A DNA stretch of 64,000 nucleotides from an uncultured bacterium (GCA_964464035.1 CAYXEN010000007.1:868-64867); one strand, 5' to 3'; positions 39,714-49,983 are shown, numbered from the stretch's first letter. Made by a program: numbers and translations. The notes: generated from the sequence alone by a model not told the origin.

Positions 39714-40862
39714 TCAAAACCGCGTCCCGTTCCCCATTATCTCGGCCACGAATCGCAGTCGCAGCATCAGGCTGCAGGGCTTTCCGAAAAAGGCCGAAAC
39801 CCAGTACGAAGGCGCAAGGACCACGTTCCACAAGACCTTCATCCGGCCCGCGAGCCTGTCGCTCTCGAGCATGTAGAACTTGAAGCCTCTTCTGGGCTCG
39901 ACCGAAGCGTCCCCCCGCTCCATACGGAGGCGCATCCCCGGGGTGGCGAGTGCAGGCACGGAATCGAAAGGGCGACCCATGCCCAGCGAGGAAAGAGCCT
40001 GGGCCAGGGAACGCTTGAAAGTTCCGGCCAGCTTCATGCGCCGGGTCCTTCCCAGCACGTAATCCCAGTCCATCCGCCCTTCTCCGCCCGCCGTCAGCAA
40101 CCCTATATCGACCAGCCGCGCCAGGTCCCGGAAGCGGGACATTCTCCACTCCAGGACCGAGTGGATCAACATGTCCTCGCGCCGCGGGACCGGAATCGAA
40201 CCCGGCGATCCCGGGCGGGACGGATCGCCCCACGATTCCTCGCGCTGCGTCGCGGGGCCGTAATCGAAAAGCCTGAACCTGAATCTCACGCTCGTTCCGT
40301 CTTCCTTTCGCAGGATGCAGGGAGCGACGTGGTGATGATATCTGACCACCTCACCGGGCGACTTCAGCACCGGTTCGTAGAGCGGCCGGGAGTAACCGAG
40401 CTTGGCCGTCGCCTTCACGACGCGGTCCCATTCCTCTTCCTTGACCATGAATTCGAGGCGCCGCATGCCGGCCGCCGCGCCGTTCCCGAAAGCGGCCCTT
40501 GCGAGCGCCGCCTCGCCGAAGAGCATGAACGCGACTCCCGCACCGGCCAGGGCTTCTCCCACGATTTCGGCCTCTTCGAGGAACCGCCGGTTCGACCGGC
40601 TCACTTCGTCGCCCTGGATCCGCAGCTTCTCCATGGTCAATCTCGAGAGCGGGGGTTCGAGGGACAACTTGGACAAGGAATCCAGGATCAGGGGCGCAAG
40701 ACCGTGCTCGGCGCAGCAATCCAGCAACTCCTTCTCGAAACCGCTTTCCACGTGCGCCGGAATCCCGGGAGGAGGGCTCTCATCCGCTTTCACGAAATGG
40801 GATATCGTTGCAAGGACGAAATCGCTCGCTCGCATCCTGGCGGTCTCCCCTGCTTTCCTCAA
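39714..40862 (-). CDS. PF14907-like (uncharacterised nucleotidyltransferase family) protein, possibly degenerate
   Basis: Weak but colinear similarity to the N-terminal domain of the 4609..6420 product. The canonical DxD is not obvious. Confidence 0.4.
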   Translation of the reverse strand: MRKAGETARMRASDFVLATISHFVKADESPPPGIPAHVESGFEKELLDCCAEHGLAPLILDSLSKLSLEPPLSRLTMEKLRIQGDEVSRSNRRFLEEAEIVGEALAGAGVAFMLFGEAALARAAFGNGAAAGMRRLEFMVKEEEWDRVVKATAKLGYSRPLYEPVLKSPGEVVRYHHHVAPCILRKEDGTSVRFRFRLFDYGPATQREESWGDPSRPGSPGSIPVPRREDMLIHSVLEWRMSRFRDLARLVDIGLLTAGGEGRMDWDYVLGRTRRMKLAGTFKRSLAQALSSLGMGRPFDSVPALATPGMRLRMERGDASVEPRRGFKFYMLESDRLAGRMKVLWNVVLAPSYWVSAFFGKPCSLMLRLRFVAEIMGNGTRF

Positions 40863-42664
40863 CCGATCCTTTTCTCTTGCTCCATGTATTGAAGCTCATA
40901 GAGCTTCTTGTACAACCCGCCCCGCCTCATGAGCTCGCCGTGGGTGCCCTGCTCGACTATCCTGCCCTTGTGCATGACTATTATCCTGTCAACGTACCTT
41001 ATCGTGGACAAACGATGGGCGATGATCAGCGAGGTTCTTCCCTTCATGAATCTCTTGAGGGCTTCCTGTATCAGGTATTCCGTCTCGGTATCGACGCTGG
41101 AAGTCGCTTCATCGAGTACGAGGATCTTTGGATCATAGACCAGGGCCCGGGCGAAGGCAAGCAATTGCCTTTGTCCGACGGACAGCATCGCTCCCCTCTC
41201 CCCCACCTGTTCGGCGTAGCGCGCGGGAAGCCTTTCTATGAACTTGTCCGCGTTGATGTGCCTCGAGACTTCCGCGATGCGCTCGGCTCCGATGCTCCGA
41301 TCGCCGAGGTCGATATTGTACGCGATGTCACCGGAGAAGAGAAAAACGTCCTGGAGAACCACCGCCACGTACCGCCTCAGGTCCTTCTGCGCGTACTCTC
41401 TTATATCGCATCCGTCTACGTTGATCGATCCCTCGTTCGGATCGTAGAAGCGCGAGAGCAGGTTCATCAGCGTGGTCTTCCCCGCTCCCGTGTATCCCAC
41501 GACCGCCACCCTCTCCCCTTCGTCCACCGTGAAGCTCACGTCATGGAGAACCGGCTCGCCGGGATTGTAAGCGAAACTCACGCGGTCGAAAACGATCCTG
41601 CCGGGCCCGCTCGGGATTCTCCTCGGGCGGGGCGGGTCCTGCACGCGAGGCTCCGTGTCCAGCAGGTCGAAGATCCGCTCGGAAGATGCCATGGCGGACT
41701 GGAGGATGTTGTACTTCTCGCTCAGGTCGCTTATGGGACGGTAGAAGCGCTGGGCATACTGGATGAAAGCAACGAGGGCTCCGATGGTAAGCGCACCGTT
41801 CAAGACGCCTCCGCCCCCGAACCAGAGGATCATGGCTATGGCGGTCGAACTGAGAATCTCTATGGCGGGATAGAACACGGCATAGGCGAGGATCGACTGG
41901 ATGTGGGCTTCGTACAATCTCCTGTTCTTGCGTTCAAACTTCTTCATCTGTTGCTCCTGCCGGTTGAACACCTGCACGACCGACATGCCGGTTATGTTCT
42001 CCTGCAGGAACGCATTGACCGAGGCCAGCCGTTTGCGGACGTTGCGATACGAGCTTCGGACTTTCGCCCTGAACACCAAGGCGGTGACCAGGAGCAGAGG
42101 AAGAACCAGGAAACTGACGAGCGCCAGTTTGAGGTTCAAGTAACACAACACCACGACGATTCCCACAAGAGTGAAGACGTCGAGAAAGATGCTGACCACG
42201 CCCGAGGTGAACAATTCATTGAGTACTTCTATATCGTTGGTGAGCCTCGTCATCAATCTCCCCACCGGGTTCTTGTCGAAAAAAGCGACGTCCAAGCGCT
42301 GCAAGTGCCTGAAAACCTGCATCCTCAAATCGAACATGACCCTCTGCCCTATGTAGCTCATGATGTAGATCTGCACGTAGCGGAATCCGAAACCAAGGAC
42401 GAGGACGACCAGGAACACGCCGGAGATCTCGAGCAATCCGGCGTAGCGCGAGCTCACGCTCGTTTCCACGCCGGAAGTGAAGTACCTGTCGACGGCGATC
42501 TTCACGAGCAGCGGGGGAGCGAGCTGGAACAGGGAAACGAAGAGAAGAAGCGCGACGCTCAAGATCACGAGCCCCTTGTAGGGCTTCAAGTATCCGAGGA
42601 GCCTCCGCATCAGGATGCTGTCGTAGGACTTGTTCAACACCTCGTCTTCATGGAAGTATTCCAT
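40859..42664 (-). CDS. ABC transporter permease/ATP-binding protein (type I exporter half-transporter)
   Basis: Six-TM exporter domain, Walker A GYTGAGKTT, signature LSVGQRQ and Walker B ILVLDEATS. The start at MEYFHE overlaps the stop of the upstream ABC gene (ATGA). Confidence 0.8.
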   Translation of the reverse strand: MEYFHEDEVLNKSYDSILMRRLLGYLKPYKGLVILSVALLLFVSLFQLAPPLLVKIAVDRYFTSGVETSVSSRYAGLLEISGVFLVVLVLGFGFRYVQIYIMSYIGQRVMFDLRMQVFRHLQRLDVAFFDKNPVGRLMTRLTNDIEVLNELFTSGVVSIFLDVFTLVGIVVVLCYLNLKLALVSFLVLPLLLVTALVFRAKVRSSYRNVRKRLASVNAFLQENITGMSVVQVFNRQEQQMKKFERKNRRLYEAHIQSILAYAVFYPAIEILSSTAIAMILWFGGGGVLNGALTIGALVAFIQYAQRFYRPISDLSEKYNILQSAMASSERIFDLLDTEPRVQDPPRPRRIPSGPGRIVFDRVSFAYNPGEPVLHDVSFTVDEGERVAVVGYTGAGKTTLMNLLSRFYDPNEGSINVDGCDIREYAQKDLRRYVAVVLQDVFLFSGDIAYNIDLGDRSIGAERIAEVSRHINADKFIERLPARYAEQVGERGAMLSVGQRQLLAFARALVYDPKILVLDEATSSVDTETEYLIQEALKRFMKGRTSLIIAHRLSTIRYVDRIIVMHKGRIVEQGTHGELMRRGGLYKKLYELQYMEQEKRIG

Positions 42665-44436
42665 CACGCACTCCCGTCCAACTCCCTGGCCAACGCCTGT
42701 TTCCTGTACATGCGCGCGTATATTCCGCCCAGGGCCACGAGATCCTCGTGGCGCCCCTGCTCCACGATCCGCCCGTCGTCGAGCACGAATATCCTGTCCG
42801 CGTCCTGCACCGTCGAAATCCGGTGGGAAATGATGATCGAGGTCCTCTTCTTCATCTCGCTGCGAAGAGAGGCGAGGATCTTGGCTTCCGTTTCCGTATC
42901 GACGCTGGAGAGTGCGTCGTCCATGATGAAGATCCGCGGGTCGCACGCGATCGCCCTTGCTATGGCCACGCGCTGTTTCTGCCCGCCGGAGAGGTTGATC
43001 CCCCTCTCGCCTATGAGCGAATCGAACTTGCGGGGGAATCCTTCGACCTCTTCTCTTATGGCCGCCGCTTCCGCCGCCCGCTCGACGTCGACGTCCTTCG
43101 TCGAGGAGACGCCGAAGGCGATGTTTTCGCGTATCGTATCCGAAAAAAGAATGATCTCCTGGGGCACGATTCCGACGAGTCTTCTCAGCTCGGCCAGAGG
43201 GATCTTCCGCACCGGCACCCCCCCCACATAGATCTCGCCGGCGTCGGGTTCGTACATCCTCACGATCAATGACACGAGCGCCGACTTTCCCGAGCCGGTG
43301 GGCCCCACGATCGCCGCCGTCTCGCCCGAGCCGATGCTGATGCTCACCTCCTCCAGTGCCGGCTTCCTCCCGGGAGAACCGGGATACGTGAAGCTCACGC
43401 CTTCGAAACGGATCGAAGAATCCACCGGCTGCTCGGCCGCCTCCGGAGACACCTCCACCGTATCAGTGGGGATATCGAGCACGGCCATGATCCTCTCCAT
43501 GGATGCCAGCCCCCTTTGCGTTATGTTCATCACCCAGCCGATCGCGATCATGGGCCAGATCAACATGGCGAGGTAACCGTGAAACGCAACGAACGCCCCC
43601 AGGCTGATGTTCCCGTCTATGACCTGCTTGCCGCCGTAACCGAGTATGATCAACGCTCCGAGCCCGGCGACGAAAGTGAGCATCGGCATCAACAGGCTCT
43701 GGACCTTGAAGAGCTTCATGTTGTGCTTCACGTAGGCCCGGCTCAACTCCTCGAACGCTTCCACTTGATGTTCCTCGCGTGCGTAAGCTTTCACGACGCG
43801 TATGCCGCTCAGGTTTTCCTGGGCGAAAGAGTTCAACGCGGAGAATCTCTCCTGGACCTTTTCGAAAAGCCTGTGGATGGCCTTTACGCTGTTGTAGACG
43901 ACCAGGGAAAGCAAGACCATCGGGAGGAGGGCGATCAGGGTGAGCTTGAGGGAGAGGACCACCATCAGGGTGACGGCGAAGCAGGCCGTGACGATCGTGT
44001 TCAACGAATACATGACTCCCGGCCCGACGAGCGACCGCACGGCGTTCAGGTCGTTGGTCGCCAGGGCCATGAGATCTCCCGTCCGGTGGCGGAGGTAGAA
44101 GGCCGGGCTCATCGCTTCCAGGTGTGCGAAGAAATCCCTGCGAAGATCGAACTCGATCTTGCGTGATATGCCGATCATGATTCTCCGCATGAGGAAACGA
44201 AAGATCCCGCTCATTACGGTCGATGCCACCAGCAAAGAGGCAAAAAGGAGAAGGTGCTCTCCCCGCCTTCCGTCACGAAGCGAATCGATCGCGAGCTTCA
44301 AGATCCAAGGGGTGACGAGCAGAAACAGGTTGGAAGCCGTCAGGCATGCCGCGCCCAGCAGGAGGCCGCGACGATACCTCGCCATGTAGGAGCGGATGAC
44401 GGCCACGGCGCTCTTTTTCTTTGCAGGCGTATTCAT
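42664..44436 (-). CDS. ABC transporter permease/ATP-binding protein (type I exporter half-transporter), partner of the downstream gene
   Basis: Walker A GPTGSGKS, signature LSGGQKQR and Walker B IFIMDDALS. The start is chosen at MNTPAKKK. Confidence 0.8.
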   Translation of the reverse strand: MNTPAKKKSAVAVIRSYMARYRRGLLLGAACLTASNLFLLVTPWILKLAIDSLRDGRRGEHLLLFASLLVASTVMSGIFRFLMRRIMIGISRKIEFDLRRDFFAHLEAMSPAFYLRHRTGDLMALATNDLNAVRSLVGPGVMYSLNTIVTACFAVTLMVVLSLKLTLIALLPMVLLSLVVYNSVKAIHRLFEKVQERFSALNSFAQENLSGIRVVKAYAREEHQVEAFEELSRAYVKHNMKLFKVQSLLMPMLTFVAGLGALIILGYGGKQVIDGNISLGAFVAFHGYLAMLIWPMIAIGWVMNITQRGLASMERIMAVLDIPTDTVEVSPEAAEQPVDSSIRFEGVSFTYPGSPGRKPALEEVSISIGSGETAAIVGPTGSGKSALVSLIVRMYEPDAGEIYVGGVPVRKIPLAELRRLVGIVPQEIILFSDTIRENIAFGVSSTKDVDVERAAEAAAIREEVEGFPRKFDSLIGERGINLSGGQKQRVAIARAIACDPRIFIMDDALSSVDTETEAKILASLRSEMKKRTSIIISHRISTVQDADRIFVLDDGRIVEQGRHEDLVALGGIYARMYRKQALARELDGSA

Positions 44437-44570
44437 CGTTTCGTGCTTCGTCCTTTCATGGAGCGGGGAGTTTCGATTCGACCTGTTTTCCTTGACTGGA
44501 CGGGGACAAACAGGCTTAAATATAGACAATAACGACGTAACTGGCAAACGGCGTTTCACATGGGAGAATC

Positions 44571-45128
44571 ATGATACCGACCAGGGAACAAGCTCTCGAA
44601 ATCCTGCACGAACACACGAAGAGTGAGAACCTTCGCAAACACGCTTACTCGGTGGAAGCGGCCATGAGAGCGTACGCCCGCTATTTCGGAGAGGACGAGG
44701 AGGTCTGGGGATCGGTGGGACTGCTCCACGACTTCGACTACGAAAAGCATCCGACCGCGGAGGAGCACCCTTACAAGGGTGCGGAGATCCTGAAGGAGAT
44801 GGGATGCGACGAATCCTTCGTCCGGGCCGTTCTATCACATGCTTCTTACACGAATGTCCCCCGAAACGACAATCTCTCCAAGACTCTTTTCGCGGTGGAC
44901 GAGCTCTGCGGCCTCGTCACCGCGGTCGCCTTGGTCAGGCCCTCGAAGAAGCTCGCCGACGTGACGGTGAAATCCGTAAAGAAAAAGATGAAAGACAAGG
45001 CTTTCGCCCGCAACGTCAACCGGGAAGAGATCAGGCAGGGTGCGGCCGATCTCGGCATCGAACTCGAGGATCACATAGCGAGAGTCATCGAGGCGATGCA
45101 AGGAATAAGCGATACTTTGGGCCTCTGA
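44571..45128 (+). CDS. HD-domain (HDIG-type) phosphohydrolase
   Basis: H…HD motif (LRKHAYSVEAA…LLHDFDY). SD GGGAGAA precedes the ATG. Confidence 0.75.
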   Translation: MIPTREQALEILHEHTKSENLRKHAYSVEAAMRAYARYFGEDEEVWGSVGLLHDFDYEKHPTAEEHPYKGAEILKEMGCDESFVRAVLSHASYTNVPRNDNLSKTLFAVDELCGLVTAVALVRPSKKLADVTVKSVKKKMKDKAFARNVNREEIRQGAADLGIELEDHIARVIEAMQGISDTLGL

Positions 45129-45187
45129 TCCGCATTCGGCCAAGCGGCGGCGCTCGTGGATCCTCCGCCCGGCACGGAGTTGAAGCA

Positions 45188-46633
45188 ATGACGATTCGCC
45201 ATCCAAGCACTGCATCGACCTGCTTTATCGTGATGTTCCTCGCGGCGGCCGCGGTGCTCGGTCCACCAAGCTCGCCGGCCCAGGAGGAGCCCGACACCGA
45301 GGGTGTCATCGACATCTCCTCCGAATTCCTGAAACAAATCGAACGCATCCAGTCACGCCTTCTCGCGAACCCGGACATGGACGCTGAAAGGCAGGCCGTT
45401 CTTCTCACCTGGCTGATCGAGCTCTATGACTCGACCTCGCGCTACGACGAGGTACGAAAGTGTTACGAAAAAATTCTCTCCTTCTTTCCGCAGGACGTGG
45501 GAGTCCGCAACCGTTACGCCGCTTTCCTGATGAGAAGGCTGCATGAAACCGAAAAGGCCCGCCGCATCCTGACCGACGCCCTCCGCTACGGAGAACTCAC
45601 CGAGGCCAAGGCGGCCGACCGTGGGAGCACGCATCTACTCCTGGGTGAACTGGCTTACGCCGGGGGCGATTACGTGAAGGCGATCGATGAATTCAAGAAC
45701 GCCGTTTTCATGTTCGAGGAACGGCCCGATCTCAGGGAAAAGGCGCTCGAGTCGCTGGCCTCTTCCTACGTTCGAATCGGCAAGTACGACGAAGCGTTCG
45801 AAGCGAAATTGAAGGTCATCGCGACAAGGGGCCGCTCTTCGGCTGAGGAGAGGAAGGAACTCGCCGAACTCCTCGACCGCAGCGGAAAGAAAAGCGGGAA
45901 AGACCTGGCTCGCCTCATCGAGGACGCCGTCAAGAAGGCGAAGGAGGGGAGAAAAGGCCGAATCGAAAGCAAGGGGGCGGAGCTGGTGAGTTTCGAATCC
46001 CTGGACGGTTTCCCTTTGGAAGGCACTTTCTACCGCACCGATGGGAAAAGGGCAGCTCTGTTCATCGCGCCGCCGGGACGTTCCCGGCTGGCGTTCGACG
46101 TGGCCGCCCAGCTCGTATTCGCCTCGGGCACGAGCGCCCTCACGCTGGACCTCAGGGGATCGGGGAACAGCAGGAGCCTTCTCCAGGACGATCCGCGGGA
46201 AAGGGACAGGGCAAGGATGAAAGACGACGTTCGGGCGGGGATCCGCTTTCTCGCGAAGCGGCTGGACGTCGCCGGCGATTCCATCGTGATCGTCACCGCC
46301 GGGGATGGAGCTGCAATCGTAGAGAGTGCGCTCGCGCGAAGCGGAATGAAGTCCCCGGTCGCTTATCTCTCCCCGGTCTTCGACCTCGAGGACGTCGTGA
46401 CGTTCAACGCTATTTCGTTCCGTCCCGATCTGCCGGTCTTGATCATATACAGCACCGAGGACAGAAGTTCCCTTCTCTCCGTCGAGTTCTTTCGCAAGAC
46501 CAAGAAGCTCTCCAGGCTGGACGTCCTCGAACTCCAGAAAAAGGGGCACGGAACCAATATCCTCTCCCGATCGCCGGCTGCGCTCAAGGCCCTCCTGGAC
46601 TGGATCAATGTTGCAACCACGAATCATCCCTAG
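45188..46633 (+). CDS. secreted TPR-repeat protein with C-terminal alpha/beta-hydrolase-like domain
   Basis: Signal peptide after the internal ATG at 45188 and TPR-like helical repeats. The C-terminal beta/alpha region has a non-canonical G-D-G nucleophile elbow. Confidence 0.5.
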   Translation: MTIRHPSTASTCFIVMFLAAAAVLGPPSSPAQEEPDTEGVIDISSEFLKQIERIQSRLLANPDMDAERQAVLLTWLIELYDSTSRYDEVRKCYEKILSFFPQDVGVRNRYAAFLMRRLHETEKARRILTDALRYGELTEAKAADRGSTHLLLGELAYAGGDYVKAIDEFKNAVFMFEERPDLREKALESLASSYVRIGKYDEAFEAKLKVIATRGRSSAEERKELAELLDRSGKKSGKDLARLIEDAVKKAKEGRKGRIESKGAELVSFESLDGFPLEGTFYRTDGKRAALFIAPPGRSRLAFDVAAQLVFASGTSALTLDLRGSGNSRSLLQDDPRERDRARMKDDVRAGIRFLAKRLDVAGDSIVIVTAGDGAAIVESALARSGMKSPVAYLSPVFDLEDVVTFNAISFRPDLPVLIIYSTEDRSSLLSVEFFRKTKKLSRLDVLELQKKGHGTNILSRSPAALKALLDWINVATTNHP

Positions 46634-46752
46634 ATTGCCAAATCGCATACGGGCGGGCCGAATCCCGGTCCGAGCCCGGTTGTGACTTCATAACTCATTT
46701 CGTAATAGCAGCTTAATCCCCGACCTGAAAGAACCGCTGGTACGGATGTTGC

Positions 46753-48165
46753 GTGAGCCGGTTCGACATGCGTCCCTACATCGCCTTCAAGTATCTCATG
46801 GTCGCGCTTCTCCTGCTCGCTCCGGCGGGCTCGAGGGGGCAGGAGGGTCGTCATCTCGGATCTCCAAGGAACGAGAATCCGGCTGGATCCTATGCCGGCG
46901 AACGCCCGGACTCCCTGTCGACGGAACAGTTGATGAGCCTCGCCAAGGAGGCACATGACGCCGGACGATGGGAGGAAGCGGAACAGCACTATCAGGACGT
47001 GCTGGTGAGACAATCGAGCAACATAGAAGCGATGCTCGAGCTCGCCGACATATACAAGCACATGCACAAGCTCGAGTACGCCCGGGGACTGCTCCTGCGG
47101 GCGGCGACCCTGGCGCCGAACAACGACAAGATCCTCCGCGAAACGCTTCTCATAACCGGCAGCTTGTCCCGCTCCCTGCACCGAACGATCGATTCGCTGG
47201 TGGCAGCCGGCGGATATGACCTCGCCGTCCCCAAGCTGTCGCTGTTGCAGACGCTGGAGCCGGAGAACCCGCACTTGTACTATCTCAAGGCGCTCTGTCA
47301 CTTCGAGTCGGATCATCCCGAGATCGCCTTGATAGAAGTGGACAAGGCCATCCGCTTGCGCAACGACGAATCTTTTCACGTACTCCGCGAGCAGATCCAA
47401 GAGAAGCTCAGGCGCGAGAAAATCCAGGCTTTGACGATCAAAGCCAAGCGCGCCCTGAAGACGGATGAAGAAGAAGCCCGAGAGAAAGTTCTGCCCATGC
47501 TCGGGAAGATCCTCGAGCTCGACCCCTCGAACGAGTGGGCCCGGCGGAAGTTCACCGAGCTCAAAGGCGGCGGGACGGCTCCCGCCGGAACGACCGCGGG
47601 CGACAAGGGGAACCTGCTCGAAGCCGGCACCGGCAAGCTCAAGGGGCTCTTTGCCTCCGCATTCGGACTCGTCCGCGCGGCGTCACAGTTTCTCTATCGG
47701 CGGCTCGACATTCTCCTGGGCATACTGGCGTTTCTTCTCCTTCTGCATTCGCCGCTCACCCAGGCGATTCTGAGGGGGCTGCCGCCCAGATTCCTGATAT
47801 CGGGGGATCTTTCAATCATCGGCATCAACGAGATACTGTCGATGCTCAATTCCCATTCGCGCTCCGGCATACTCATCGTCCGATCGAAAGCGATCAAGGG
47901 CGAGATATACTTCGAGGACGGGGAGGTTTATCATTGCAAGGCCGGAGGGATCAAGGGGAAAGAGGCCCTCAAGAAGATCATGAAGAACGCGAAACAAGGC
48001 TACTTCCATTTCCGCAGGACGCGTTCCTCCATGGAGAAGACGATCGAAACGCCGCTCAGCCTGATCATGATGGACCTGCCCGACAGAAAACCCGCCGGTG
48101 AAATCAAACCCAGAACCAGGCGCAAGAAGTCCAAGATAACGGAACTGCTCGACAGCAATAAGTGA
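46753..48165 (+). CDS. TPR-repeat protein with C-terminal DUF4388 domain
   Basis: N-terminal signal/TM segment, TPR-like repeats, and a C-terminal segment LSIIGINEILSMLNSHSRSGILIVRSKAIKGEIYFEDGEVYHCKAGG typical of DUF4388. Confidence 0.55.
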   Translation: MSRFDMRPYIAFKYLMVALLLLAPAGSRGQEGRHLGSPRNENPAGSYAGERPDSLSTEQLMSLAKEAHDAGRWEEAEQHYQDVLVRQSSNIEAMLELADIYKHMHKLEYARGLLLRAATLAPNNDKILRETLLITGSLSRSLHRTIDSLVAAGGYDLAVPKLSLLQTLEPENPHLYYLKALCHFESDHPEIALIEVDKAIRLRNDESFHVLREQIQEKLRREKIQALTIKAKRALKTDEEEAREKVLPMLGKILELDPSNEWARRKFTELKGGGTAPAGTTAGDKGNLLEAGTGKLKGLFASAFGLVRAASQFLYRRLDILLGILAFLLLLHSPLTQAILRGLPPRFLISGDLSIIGINEILSMLNSHSRSGILIVRSKAIKGEIYFEDGEVYHCKAGGIKGKEALKKIMKNAKQGYFHFRRTRSSMEKTIETPLSLIMMDLPDRKPAGEIKPRTRRKKSKITELLDSNK

Positions 48166-48187
48166 TCAAACGAGGAGAAAGGCCGAA

Positions 48188-48775
48188 TCAAACACCCGAC
48201 TTGGTCTTGATGGCCTCCAGCTTGTCGTCGACGAGGGCGATGAGACGATCCACGTTGCGCCGGCTTATGGTCAGGAGCCTCGCTTCCATCTCCGGTAATT
48301 TGTTCATCTCGGCGCACAAGCCGTCCAAGGCCAGCTTCAAAGAAGTAAGCGGCGTGCGGATATCATGGGAGAGTTGCTCGAGGTAATCCATCCCGCCCGC
48401 GGTCTCGTTGCCCCCTTCACCGAGCTTCAGCTCGATGGCTTCCGTAAGAAGGGTCAGATCCTTGAGGGGCTTTCTGAAAACCCTCGTGACTCCGATGGAC
48501 CGGGCTCTTTCTTCCAACTCGGCCGTGACGTTCGCCGACATCAGGAAGACGGGAACGGAAGGATAGACATCCTTCATCATCGAAGCGAGTTCCAAACCGT
48601 TCATGCCGGGCATGTTGACGTCGGACAGGACGATGGAGGGGGATTTTCGCTCGAGAACGGGGATTACTTCCTTCGGCGAGCAGAAGCTCTTCACTTCGAA
48701 CCCCTGCCTTCGCAGGTATCGGCTCAGGACTTCCCGCATCGAGCGATCGTCTTCCAAGAGGAATATTTCTTTCAT
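48188..48775 (-). CDS. response-regulator receiver domain fused to a HisKA-like dimerisation/phosphoacceptor domain (no ATPase domain)
   Basis: REC motifs (LLEDD…SDVNMPGMNG…K) followed by the H-box LSHDIRTPLTSL. SD GGAGGG precedes the ATG at 48775. Confidence 0.7.
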   Translation of the reverse strand: MKEIFLLEDDRSMREVLSRYLRRQGFEVKSFCSPKEVIPVLERKSPSIVLSDVNMPGMNGLELASMMKDVYPSVPVFLMSANVTAELEERARSIGVTRVFRKPLKDLTLLTEAIELKLGEGGNETAGGMDYLEQLSHDIRTPLTSLKLALDGLCAEMNKLPEMEARLLTISRRNVDRLIALVDDKLEAIKTKSGV

Positions 48776-48885
48776 TTTCCCTCCACCCCGGCGCCCGCAA
48801 TGGGCCGCCTGGTGCAATAACCTGATGTCTCATCCACAGAGCAAAGGGTGTTTCAACGATGCCAAAGGCAATCTCCATGCCATGG

Positions 48886-48917
48886 AAAAACCCCGTCCTT
48901 ACGCCCAGAACGGGGTT
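48886..48917 (-). terminator. possible Rho-independent terminator on the minus strand about 180 nt downstream of the 49096..49932 gene
   Basis: The minus-strand RNA forms an AACCCCGU/ACGGGGUU stem with a 13-nt loop followed by UUU. Confidence 0.3.
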
Positions 48918-49095
48918 CGTACACGGAAAGCCTGAGTCTCCTTCATACTAAACTGCACGCTTGGAGAAACAACGGGGAACAGGCTTTTTTCGACCATGCT
49001 CCCCCCTCCCCGGAGACGAGAAAAGCAATCTGCAAAGGCGACGATAATGTGCAATGCGCGCATTCAGTACCGGGAACTTCGGGCGATCGCCGTTC

Positions 49096-49932
49096 TCAAT
49101 AGAACACATCGACCCCGCCTCTCACGCCCATGTCGTATACCCTCTCCGCGGGCTCTCCCCCCTCGGCTTGAAATGAAAGAATCACATGCACCCGGGGGGA
49201 ATGGGCGTAGTTGAGGACCGCGAAATATATCTCGCGCGATCCTCCGCTCAGGACGATGTAGGCGGCTCCCCCAAAGCGTAAATCGACGCGCTTTCCCACG
49301 GGCAGGGAAAACCCCATGACGGCGGAAGCGAAATCGTCGTGACGCTCTGCGCGGTTGCTTCCTTCGTGCATGCGGTTGACCGAGACGCCCGCCGCTTCGC
49401 CCCACAGAGTGAGTTGCGCGAGAGAGTCGACGAAGGCAAGCCCGGCCTTTACATCCACGCTCCCGGAAGCGTAAGGAAAGACCGATGCCGTGCCCGAACC
49501 GGTCCTCAAACCGGCGACGAAATCGATGGTCAACGAACTGAGCCGCGCGAGCTCGGTCCTGCCGCTCAGTACGAAGTCGCCGAAACCGCTCGTGGATTCG
49601 CCTTTGCGCGAGACGACATAGTAAGAGACTTCCACCTGCAGGAGGAATCTTCGGCGCGAAGGATAAACGGCTTTCATGAGGAAGCCTGAGGCATCATGGT
49701 CGGATTTTTCCGAACGAATTATAGCGGCTCCGAGCGAGGGAGCAAACGGAGACGTCAAAAGGATGGAATAGCTTCCGTAATCCTCGTACAGGCCCAGCCC
49801 GACAACTTCAACGGGGATCAACAATGAAAGGAAAACGAGAAAGAAGGTCGATCGTTTCACAATGGAGTTCCAACCGACGCCGCGTCGACGGGCAGCGAGC
49901 CCCATCCCCGCCGGAGGGAAAAGGATCCTCAC
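49096..49932 (-). CDS. hypothetical secreted / outer-membrane protein
   Basis: Internal signal-like segment KRSTFFLVFLSLLIPV, alternating beta-strand-like composition, and an aromatic C-terminus. The exact start is uncertain. Confidence 0.45.
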   Translation of the reverse strand: MRILFPPAGMGLAARRRGVGWNSIVKRSTFFLVFLSLLIPVEVVGLGLYEDYGSYSILLTSPFAPSLGAAIIRSEKSDHDASGFLMKAVYPSRRRFLLQVEVSYYVVSRKGESTSGFGDFVLSGRTELARLSSLTIDFVAGLRTGSGTASVFPYASGSVDVKAGLAFVDSLAQLTLWGEAAGVSVNRMHEGSNRAERHDDFASAVMGFSLPVGKRVDLRFGGAAYIVLSGGSREIYFAVLNYAHSPRVHVILSFQAEGGEPAERVYDMGVRGGVDVFY

Positions 49933-49983
49933 CCTCCCGATCGCGCGGCGACCAGGGGCGAACAGGGTGGGATGAACGGTTAA

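Noticed and set aside
40859-44559. ORF-track N-terminal extensions of the two ABC genes. Similar extensions were rejected for 53697..56408, 44804..46633, 36301..36693 and 36600..37673.
   Set aside because: The extensions are low-complexity Arg/Gly-rich sequence. Internal starts give canonical domain boundaries, signal peptides or SD sequences, and in two cases exact ATGA start/stop coupling with the upstream gene.
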